IMG/VR virus record: IMGVR_UViG_3300029822_000014
Span: 1-50,364 of that record
Direction: 5' to 3' (one strand)
DNA: 50,364 bases
Source: a virus
Shown: positions 36,391 to 43,589 of the stretch, piece after piece
Layout: each line of letters begins with the position of its first letter
Numbering within the stretch: position 1 is the stretch's first letter
Notes under the pieces: generated by a model
What the model was told of the DNA's origin: nothing
The model's input: the letters and a program-made list of their open reading frames with translations, nothing else
Database searches by the model: none
Position numbers and translations under genes: made by a program

Positions 36391-36421
36391 AGTATATATA
36401 GTAGTATACTCATAGTATACT
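36391..36421 (+). promoter_or_regulatory. TATA-like box plus two palindromic AGTATACT sites (operator candidate) upstream of the accessory operon
   Basis: aAGTATATATAg then tAGTATACT at 36402-10 and 36413-21 (11-bp period), 30 nt before ATG 36451; SD AGGAG at 36437-41. Confidence 0.45.
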
Positions 36422-36450
36422 ATACAGAAGATTAATAGGAGAAAACAAAA

Positions 36451-37350
36451 ATGTATAATAGTACTTGGAAAAAAAATAAAATCGAACTTGACATTCTAAA
36501 CGAAAAAGGAAACCTCATAACAGGAGCATATGTCTACATTGTAGGGGATCATCTTGAAAACAAACAAGGAAAACCATTACTATGCAGTTGCACTGGAAAA
36601 ACTGAAAAAACAGCATCACCCGTACTATACAAAGATGGAGAAGTAAAATGCAGCAATCCAAACTGTAAAAGAACCTTCAAAATTGTTTACACATATGAAG
36701 ATGAAATGAAAAAAATAGCAGAATATGAAGCAAGAAAAAAAGATGAATTTAAAGTAGAATTAGCTGATGAAGATTGGGAAACAGGTATAAAATATTATAT
36801 GCTAAGCAGTCGCGTTGATTCTGATGTTTGGAAAAAAATAGCAAAATACTTCACATATTACCATAAAGGCGAAATTGAAGACACAGCATCAGGTTACCCA
36901 TTAACTGGTTGGGCTACAAGACAACCAGAAGAAGTTGAAAAAATATTAGTAAATGAAGGTTTAATTCAAACAAAAAATACTTTAAAAGCACAGGAAGAAC
37001 AAAAACAAGAAGCAAAAAAACATGATACTGAATTAGAAACAAAAAGAGATGAATTAAAAAATAGGATAGATGAAGCATTCAAAAATGCTGAATATCCTAC
37101 AGAAGAAAAACAAATACAAATTGATGGAAAAGATTATGAAGATCCAACAAACCCTAAAAATATTTATGGTGGGGGCAGCTGGTATACTGTAACAGAAAAG
37201 TATATTTATTTTGTACAGAATAATGGGGCTGATGGGGATGACTGGGGAAGGAATAATATAGCTACTGCAGGAGCTGGAGCAATAGGAATACGAATCCAAT
37301 ATAATAAAGAGATTGAAGATTTAATAAAAGAATATGTGGTGATGAAATGA
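36451..37350 (+). CDS. Hypothetical accessory protein (Cys knuckle, coiled coil, Gly-rich C-terminal domain)
   Basis: 299 aa; CSC...CSNPNC; coiled-coil KAQEEQKQEAKKHDTELETKRDELKNRIDE; no family recognised. Confidence 0.6.
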   Translation: MYNSTWKKNKIELDILNEKGNLITGAYVYIVGDHLENKQGKPLLCSCTGKTEKTASPVLYKDGEVKCSNPNCKRTFKIVYTYEDEMKKIAEYEARKKDEFKVELADEDWETGIKYYMLSSRVDSDVWKKIAKYFTYYHKGEIEDTASGYPLTGWATRQPEEVEKILVNEGLIQTKNTLKAQEEQKQEAKKHDTELETKRDELKNRIDEAFKNAEYPTEEKQIQIDGKDYEDPTNPKNIYGGGSWYTVTEKYIYFVQNNGADGDDWGRNNIATAGAGAIGIRIQYNKEIEDLIKEYVVMK

Positions 37351-37778
37351 AAATGAGTACTATAAAATTATCACAAAAAACAAAAAATAAATTAGTTAAT
37401 TTACGATTAACTGATGCTGAAACATATGAAAATATTGTACTTAGATTAATAAATTCTTATATGAGGGATAAAATGAAAATCGAACTAATAAGTAAAGAAG
37501 AAACAAGTAACCCATACGGAAAAAAATTAATAATTTATCGATATTATAATGAAAAAATGAATGATATTATTGTAGGTTTTGATACTGATACTATTATGGA
37601 TTTAATGATCAAAGTTGATGAAGAATATTTACGAAAAATACGAATCGGTACAAAAAGTAGTGAATTTAATACTACCTATTATTATATCGATGTTACAGTA
37701 CCTAAGGATTCTACAGATTCTGAGAATTTAGCAGTAGAAGCTTTAAGTAAAATTCTTAAAATATGTGAAGGATATTAA
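37347..37778 (+). CDS. Hypothetical protein with N-terminal VapB/PF02697-like antitoxin-type segment
   Basis: 143 aa; STIKLSQKTKNKLVNLRLTDAETYENIVLRLI resembles the archaeal putative-antitoxin pattern (tI.l.....y..L..lk...eSfsdvI..Ll); ATGA overlap with the previous gene. Confidence 0.55.
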   Translation: MKMSTIKLSQKTKNKLVNLRLTDAETYENIVLRLINSYMRDKMKIELISKEETSNPYGKKLIIYRYYNEKMNDIIVGFDTDTIMDLMIKVDEEYLRKIRIGTKSSEFNTTYYYIDVTVPKDSTDSENLAVEALSKILKICEGY

Positions 37779-37807
37779 GTGAATAATTTATTAAAACACT
37801 TCTAATT

Positions 37808-38023
37808 TTATTTTTTTAGTATAGTGTAAGTTGTACCTAATGCTAAAACCAAACTTAAACCACTAATAATATACATTAACACTTCACCAAAAATAGTACC
37901 CCAAGGTATAAGTGTGCTTATAATTGCAACTACCCCAAATAATACAATGAAGTAAATTATTGTTAAAATTCCAAATAATACAATTGTGTATATTGCTCCG
38001 AGTATTCCCTTAAAAACTGCCAT
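37808..38023 (-). CDS. Small 2-TM membrane protein (holin or exclusion candidate)
   Basis: 71 aa, almost entirely hydrophobic (IYTIVLFGILTIIYFIVLFGVVAII; ISGLSLVLALGTTYTIL). Confidence 0.55.
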   Translation of the reverse strand: MAVFKGILGAIYTIVLFGILTIIYFIVLFGVVAIISTLIPWGTIFGEVLMYIISGLSLVLALGTTYTILKK

Positions 38024-38048
38024 AAATAATTCATCTCCATTTTTATTT

Positions 38049-38276
38049 TTAATTCTTTAACTTATCATTCTCTTTTTTCATATTAACTATTGTACTTATT
38101 ACCCCAACAAGGATACTTAACCAGAAACAAACATCAAACATATGATAATAATCTTCAGTTGTAGGTATCACTATAAAGAAATCCATAATGAATGTAACGA
38201 ATAAGAATAATAAAAAATACATTAATATGAATAAGAATAATAATCCAATATGATGCAATACTGTTTTAAGATCCAT
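38049..38276 (-). CDS. Small 2-TM membrane protein
   Basis: 75 aa; LLFLFILMYFLLFLFVTFIMDFFIV and CFWLSILVGVISTIV; co-oriented with 37808..38023. Confidence 0.55.
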   Translation of the reverse strand: MDLKTVLHHIGLLFLFILMYFLLFLFVTFIMDFFIVIPTTEDYYHMFDVCFWLSILVGVISTIVNMKKENDKLKN

Positions 38277-38430
38277 AATAATATCACTCCCTGTTATTAT
38301 ATTTTATAGTTATTATGATTTAAATTTTTTCATTCAACTTTAATTAATAAATATTATAGGATTGTTCAAGGAGTATATAAAAGAAAAAATAGTAAAAGTG
38401 AATGTATGAAAATAATACAATAAAATAAAA

Positions 38431-38445
38431 ATAACACGTCACATC
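38431..38445 (-). promoter_or_regulatory. Third, inverted partial copy of the TGTGACGTG box
   Basis: The reverse complement of ataacacgtcacatc is gaTGTGACGTGtTAT (12/15 identical to the ATTGTGACGTGATAT box at 40194 and 40766). It lies between the minus-strand membrane genes and int. Confidence 0.4.
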
Positions 38446-38525
38446 TAACTATTTATGGGCGTAATAAATACCCTAAACCAACGTTAAAAACACATAAATA
38501 AAATAGGTACACATAAATATAATAC

Positions 38526-39710
38526 ATGAAAAATAATGCTGAAATAATCCAAATGATAAGTGAAAATAAAAAATTAAAACCATCCACAACAAGATTAGAT
38601 ACTTACAGTTTAAACCTTTACAGTAAAATTGAAGGTTTAAGTTTAATGGAATTAATACAAGAAGCAGATGATGATGAAGAAAACATTAGAAAAGTACGAA
38701 GAAGAAGAATAAATAATCACTTAGATCATTTCATAAATTGTCTCGAAAATGATACTCATAAGCATAAACGAGGAATGGGTTACACTCCACGAAGTATACA
38801 TGACATACTTAGCCGTGTACGAGCATTTTATAATTATTATGAAATACAATTACCCAGAACATATCTCCCACAAATACCCTCAAATGAGAAAAGTACTGAT
38901 ATTCCCACATTAAAAGAAATAAGATATGTAATAGATAACACGGGTAAAAGTAAACATCGTGCAATAATATTATTCATGTTAAGTAGTGGTTTAAGTAGTA
39001 ATGAAGTATCATCATTAACAAAAAAACAATTCATGGAAGCCACATCTGAGTATCAGAATAGTCAAAGATTACCCGATGCACTTGATGAATTAAAAACTTT
39101 AATTGATAATGGTGAGGCTATAATACCAACATGGGAATTAACTAGGGGTAAAACAAATTATAATTTCATCACATTTAACAGTCCTGAAGCTACAATGGAA
39201 ATAGTTGAATTCTTGACAACTAAAGCACATCCCACAGATAAACGTTTATTCGAGATGGGTAATGTAGGAATAAATGATTTATATTTAAAGCTGGGTAAAC
39301 GAAACAATATTGGTTATACTAATAATGGACATAATAAGTTTCATAGTCATGCAATGCGTAAAGTATTCGCCACTACTTTAGCAGGAGTGGAGATTAATGG
39401 GGTTCCTTTGGATAGTTTATTTATAGAATTTTTGTTGGGGCATAAACTTCCTGGTAGTATGGAACCGTATTATAAGAATCGGCCTGAACGTTTAAAAAAG
39501 ATTTATATTCAGATAGTGGATAGTTTAAGTGTTAATGATTTAAATAAATTAACTATTAAAAGCCCAGAGTATTTAAAACTTGAAAAGGAGAATAATGATA
39601 TGAAAACAAATATTGAAGCAATAGTGGAGGAGGCTATGTTGAAGCATGATCAAGAATTACGTAAACAACAAGATAGGATGAGTATTGATGATTTATTCCA
39701 TGATTTTTAA
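38526..39710 (+). CDS. int: Tyrosine recombinase / integrase
   Basis: 394 aa; box II HSHAMRKVFATTL (H-x-x-R), LLGHKLPGSMEPYY (His..Tyr) and RGKTNYNFITF (Lys). Box I reads SSGLSSNEVSSL, with Ser where the first catalytic Arg is expected. Confidence 0.8.
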   Translation: MKNNAEIIQMISENKKLKPSTTRLDTYSLNLYSKIEGLSLMELIQEADDDEENIRKVRRRRINNHLDHFINCLENDTHKHKRGMGYTPRSIHDILSRVRAFYNYYEIQLPRTYLPQIPSNEKSTDIPTLKEIRYVIDNTGKSKHRAIILFMLSSGLSSNEVSSLTKKQFMEATSEYQNSQRLPDALDELKTLIDNGEAIIPTWELTRGKTNYNFITFNSPEATMEIVEFLTTKAHPTDKRLFEMGNVGINDLYLKLGKRNNIGYTNNGHNKFHSHAMRKVFATTLAGVEINGVPLDSLFIEFLLGHKLPGSMEPYYKNRPERLKKIYIQIVDSLSVNDLNKLTIKSPEYLKLEKENNDMKTNIEAIVEEAMLKHDQELRKQQDRMSIDDLFHDF

Positions 39711-40074
39711 TTTTTTATGTGATTGTTTAATTTTTTATTGGTGGGGGTTGAACTGGGTGTGGTGTTAATGTTTTTTCTTTTATTTTTCTTTATACTTTTT
39801 TTCATATTTTATTATACAGTTTTTATTTTTGGTAATGATTTTTAACAGTTAACTATTTTATACTTTTTTTATTGGACACTATAATTGGGGATGTATGTGT
39901 TTTAATTTTCATAGTTGAACATTATTACAAGTTTATCAAAATATAATTGAACATTTAAACTTACAGTTAAACTAATAATGAATAAACCAACAAGTTTATA
40001 TATGAAGTAAACTATAATAATATGCGGGAACAATTATCCCTAAAAAAATTAGTGAAAAAGGTAATACTAAAAAC

Positions 40075-40208
40075 TAAATATATGAAATAATAAAATAAGA
40101 ATTAATAACAAATTTTGAGAAGGAGTAAGGATTAAACGGTACGGCAATACCTAAAACCTAACTCCTCTCACGGTTATTAAAAAATAGATACACATTGTGA
40201 CGTGATAT
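40075..40208 (+). promoter_or_regulatory. Promoter/leader-like module A (TATA-like, nested hairpin with CGGCAA loop, 17-nt box), pointing antisense into the AbrB gene
   Basis: taaATATATGAAat; outer stem GAGAAGGAGTAAGG/CCTAACTCCTCTC (40117-40169); inner GGTA-CGGCAA-TACC (40138-51); ACATTGTGACGTGATAT at 40192-40208. Confidence 0.5.
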
Positions 40209-40394
40209 TATTCCTCATAACCAAGAATATTTATATTGCAAATGCTATTTAAATTTTATTACACTTACAAATATAAAATTGAATAGTCCACAAAAAGGCG
40301 TGGGTGTAAATACTTACTTAGCGAGAGCTGTGTTAAATTTTAAGCTTTTTGGCACCACAAAAAACAAGACTTTTTTTAAAAAACTTAAAACATT

Positions 40395-40580
40395 TTATTC
40401 TGATTTTTCTGCAATTACAGAAACTTTTCCATTATCCATGTTTACATCAACATTCCATTGGATTTTATCCCCTGCGGATACTCCTAATATTTTAACTATT
40501 TCTTTAGGAATACCAACTCTAAGAGAATTTGATTTGGTGTTCGCCATGTTGATCTTACTTTTATATTTAAACATTATCAT
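40395..40580 (-). CDS. AbrB/SpoVT-family transcriptional regulator (lysogeny-switch candidate)
   Basis: 61 aa; SLRVGIPKEIVKILGVSAGDKIQW is the swapped-hairpin AbrB motif. GGAGG SD favours the third-codon ATG (40574) as start. Divergent from the early operon. Confidence 0.75.
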   Translation of the reverse strand: MIMFKYKSKINMANTKSNSLRVGIPKEIVKILGVSAGDKIQWNVDVNMDNGKVSVIAEKSE

Positions 40581-40677
40581 AATCCTCCATTTATATGTTT
40601 ATAGTAATAAATTTGTAAGTTATGTTATAAATAATTATCCTTTTACATTACTTTTTATATTACCTTTTAGGTGGTAA

Positions 40678-40780
40678 CATTTATATATGAAGACAACATA
40701 CATAATAAGTAGAGCATGAAATTCAGGACGGCAATCCTGAACGAGAAAACTCTCAAAAAAAATACATTGTGACGTGATAT
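40678..40780 (+). promoter_or_regulatory. Promoter/leader-like module B upstream of the early operon
   Basis: catTTATATATGAAg; hairpin TTCAGGA-CGGCAA-TCCTGAA (40722-41); ACATTGTGACGTGATAT at 40764-80, immediately before ATG 40784. Confidence 0.55.
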
Positions 40781-40783
40781 GAA

Positions 40784-40948
40784 ATGAAAAAAACTACAAG
40801 AAATGGGGTTCCTGGCTACTTCATCACAACAGAAGAAGCACTACGATTAGGTAATGCTTGGAGATACTACCAAGACAAAACCCAAACCGAAGAAACCTAC
40901 ATCAAAGAATATGTACGAAAACACTACCCCCCAAAGGTGATAGTATGA
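40784..40948 (+). CDS. First early ORF (54 aa, below the track cutoff)
   Basis: MKKTTRNGVPGYFITTEEALRLGNAWRYYQDKTQTEETYIKEYVRKHYPPKVIV; GTGAT SD-like in the 17-nt box; ATGA overlap with the next ORF. Confidence 0.4.
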   Translation: MKKTTRNGVPGYFITTEEALRLGNAWRYYQDKTQTEETYIKEYVRKHYPPKVIV

Positions 40949-41169
40949 GTACAATAGAACTATTTTTAGGCAACCCATCAGACCCACAAATGGAGGACCC
41001 TGACTATGATCCATGGGATAATGACATCCAAGAAAATGAAACTAATTTTATACGAAATCTTTTAAAATCAGAACCTTTAGATGATGATACTGAATGGGAT
41101 GGAGAATCAGAACCTCCTAAAAGTTACACTCCTGAAGGCGATGATTATGTGCAAGGAGGTTTAAGATAA
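40945..41169 (+). CDS. Acidic small early protein
   Basis: Track ORF 40858..41169. The internal ATG at 40945 has a GGTGAT SD (aaaGGTGATagtATG) and is the likely start. Confidence 0.5.
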   Translation: MSTIELFLGNPSDPQMEDPDYDPWDNDIQENETNFIRNLLKSEPLDDDTEWDGESEPPKSYTPEGDDYVQGGLR

Positions 41170-41396
41170 TGTATTTTAAACCAGACTATTTTGAGGAAGA
41201 AATAGAAATCCGAAATGAGTACAAAGCCGATGAATTATGTAAGGATGTTTCTCCTTACTACATTCATTATCAAGGCGAAAAATGTATTGTTGATGGGGTG
41301 AATAAGAAAGGGGCTGAGAAGAATTACTTACGCCTCTACCCTAATACCATAAAATCTAAACTAATCATTAACTCTGTTGAGGAGGAATTTGAATGA
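41169..41396 (+). CDS. Hypothetical early protein
   Basis: 75 aa, TAATG overlap with the previous gene. Confidence 0.5.
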   Translation: MYFKPDYFEEEIEIRNEYKADELCKDVSPYYIHYQGEKCIVDGVNKKGAEKNYLRLYPNTIKSKLIINSVEEEFE

Positions 41397-41683
41397 GTAG
41401 AAGTATGAGTGCTGTGGAACGATGGGATTACTCCCGTCGTTTTCAAGTTGGAACCTGTACTGATATAGTATGGGGTGAATTTGTAATAGTTGATGAGTAT
41501 GGTCATAAGAAACTAGCTAAACTTGGAAGAGGATTAGACAAGTTAACAATTATGGATTTCTTACCAGTAAAAGTCATGTACAAATATACTGGTAAAGATT
41601 ATGTCATAATTGATTATGAAATAATGGATCACCCCTCACTTGGGGAACAAAAAGAGCAAATGGAACTTGACACATGGAGTTGA
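41393..41683 (+). CDS. Hypothetical early protein
   Basis: 96 aa, ATGA overlap with the previous gene. Confidence 0.5.
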   Translation: MSRSMSAVERWDYSRRFQVGTCTDIVWGEFVIVDEYGHKKLAKLGRGLDKLTIMDFLPVKVMYKYTGKDYVIIDYEIMDHPSLGEQKEQMELDTWS

Positions 41684-41816
41684 GAGTGTGAAATTTAAAC
41701 AATTATTTTTAACTTTTTTATATTACTTACAAAAGAAGAAAGCTGAAATAGATCATATTGAACAAGTAAAATCATTATACCCACAAGAGGATTAAATTAG
41801 TAAAGGAGAAAAACTA

Positions 41817-41978
41817 ATGAGATATGAAGATAACAGAACATTGAAAGAATTATCTAAAGAAATGGCCGATACCATCGCCTTTGAGGATGGCACACTCAAA
41901 AAACATACAAAAGCAAAATTTGTTGGTAAAAGTATGAAAGATTTATTGAATAATGCAGGTGGACAAGATGAACAGTAA
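41817..41978 (+). CDS. Small ORF (53 aa, below the track cutoff)
   Basis: taAAGGAGaaaaactaATG; MRYEDNRTLKELSKEMADTIAFEDGTLKKHTKAKFVGKSMKDLLNNAGGQDEQ. Confidence 0.4.
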   Translation: MRYEDNRTLKELSKEMADTIAFEDGTLKKHTKAKFVGKSMKDLLNNAGGQDEQ

Positions 41979-42291
41979 AGAATTAACAGATTTAATACAT
42001 GATGTTAGCCTTGCTGAAATCCAGTATTACAAGGCTAAAGAGAACCGTGAACATTCAGAGGATGAAAAAAATCTCACAATAAAATGGGATACTGTGAACG
42101 ATTATAGGAGCAGGGAGGATTTACCTCCCATCAAAAATGAAACACAGCGTAAAAGTTATATCCGAACATTGATTGAAGATTATAAGCACGAGGAACACTG
42201 CAAACTTGTAGAATTAAACAATCTAAAAATGTTGTATGAAAACCGTGAAACTTTAAACTATAAAAAATGTGATGAAAATGAAGACAAATAA
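41968..42291 (+). CDS. Hypothetical early protein
   Basis: Track ORF 41953..42291; ATG 41968 (MNSKEL) is preceded by AGGTGG and overlaps the previous stop. Confidence 0.5.
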   Translation: MNSKELTDLIHDVSLAEIQYYKAKENREHSEDEKNLTIKWDTVNDYRSREDLPPIKNETQRKSYIRTLIEDYKHEEHCKLVELNNLKMLYENRETLNYKKCDENEDK

Positions 42292-42481
42292 AGACTTAAA
42301 TTACACATTAAAAGAGTTAATTCAAAAGTGGAGAAAATCTCCAAGTATGGATCAACTCGAAACAATAAGTACTGAATATGAGATTGATGGTGTAATACCA
42401 ACAATCCCTGAATATTTAATCTTAAAACCTTTAAGTTGTATGAAAATCGTGAATTATACACGAGAAATTAAGGTGGAATAA
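42269..42481 (+). CDS. Hypothetical early protein
   Basis: 70 aa; overlaps the previous ORF end; start uncertain. Confidence 0.45.
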   Translation: MMKMKTNKDLNYTLKELIQKWRKSPSMDQLETISTEYEIDGVIPTIPEYLILKPLSCMKIVNYTREIKVE

Positions 42482-42484
42482 ATT

Positions 42485-43000
42485 ATGGGAATAGAAAATC
42501 CGAAGAATGAAATCGTGACAGTTGAAACTCAAGTAGCAGCAAATGTGGATACTGCACTTGCAGAATGGAAAGCATATCAGGAAATCACAAAACAAATGTT
42601 AGATGATAGTGATTATCAGGATATTAAAGGTCGAAAGTTTAAGAAGAAATCTGCATGGCGTAAATATGCTCGTGCATTCAACATCACTACTACAATAGTT
42701 GATAAAGAGATTATAAAAACTGATAAAGGTCAAGTGAAAGAAGCATCTTTCATTGTACGAGCCACTTTACCTTCAGGTAGAAGTGCTGATGGATGGGGTA
42801 ATTGTAGTAGAAGTGAAGGGAATAAAAGTCATCCTAATCATGATATTCCTGCTACTGCTGTTACTCGTGCTACTAATCGTGCTATTGCTGATTTGATTGG
42901 TGCAGGTGAAGTGACTGCTGAGGAGATGCAATCACAGTCTCGTGAGGAAAGTTATCAGAAAGCAAAAAGTAAACTAAAAAAAGATGTAATAGATGTTTAA
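42485..43000 (+). CDS. Putative single-strand annealing protein (Rad52/ERF-like motif)
   Basis: 171 aa; KFKKKSAWRKYARAFNIT and ATAVTRATNRAIADLIGAGEVTAEEM resemble the A.TRA..RA...l.G.G..s.EE signature of phage SSAPs (motif memory only). Confidence 0.4.
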   Translation: MGIENPKNEIVTVETQVAANVDTALAEWKAYQEITKQMLDDSDYQDIKGRKFKKKSAWRKYARAFNITTTIVDKEIIKTDKGQVKEASFIVRATLPSGRSADGWGNCSRSEGNKSHPNHDIPATAVTRATNRAIADLIGAGEVTAEEMQSQSREESYQKAKSKLKKDVIDV

Positions 43001-43021
43001 AATTTTAGGAGTTGATTAAAT

Positions 43022-43549
43022 ATGAGTTTAGAAACAAAACAAGATAGTTTAAAAAAAGATACAAGTAAAGCAGCATTATTCGGTATGAAAGGAAGTATAG
43101 AAACATTTAATGATTATGAGGATTACACAAGATACCTTATAAATGATTTAGATGTAGGTGCAAGTATTACTGGTAAACCTGAATTATATCGTTTTGAACC
43201 ACGCGAGGATAAGAAAAGTACCAGTATACGGTTAAGAATCGTAGATGATGTTAGTGAGGAATATATGGATTGTTACTGTAATATTCCATTAGCATGGCCA
43301 ATCATTAAAGGAATTAATAAAAGTTTTGATTACTACCGAACCACCTTCGACCTCATAACAGGAGTATTCTACCTTATCGATGAAACAATGATATTAGATT
43401 CTAAAGGTAATCCTATTAATCGTATTGATGAGATTAATATGAAACAATTCATCGAATTCCTTGGTAACAAGGAAAGTATCACAATTGAAGTAACTGAAGG
43501 AAACCCAGAAACTGAATATAACAGTTTAAAAGTTTTAAAAATTGAATAA
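43022..43549 (+). CDS. Hypothetical replication-module protein
   Basis: 175 aa, between the SSAP-like and helicase-like genes. Confidence 0.5.
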   Translation: MSLETKQDSLKKDTSKAALFGMKGSIETFNDYEDYTRYLINDLDVGASITGKPELYRFEPREDKKSTSIRLRIVDDVSEEYMDCYCNIPLAWPIIKGINKSFDYYRTTFDLITGVFYLIDETMILDSKGNPINRIDEINMKQFIEFLGNKESITIEVTEGNPETEYNSLKVLKIE

Positions 43550-43589
43550 AAATTCTTATGAATAAAAATGTTAAAAGAGGTGATAAGCA

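Noticed and set aside
40279-40677. 132-aa + strand ORF covering the AbrB locus
   Set aside because: It is antisense to an ORF with an unmistakable AbrB/SpoVT motif, has a TTG start and gives an F/L/I-rich junk-like translation. The region may still be transcribed as antisense RNA (see the finding on modules A and B).
1129-40780. Treating every TGTGACRT 8-mer as one regulon-wide operator
   Set aside because: An 8-mer with one degenerate position is expected a few times by chance in 100 kb of two-strand sequence, and I did not exhaustively scan the coding regions. Only the 17-nt identity (40192 and 40764) and the local palindrome cluster (1129-1185) are individually significant.
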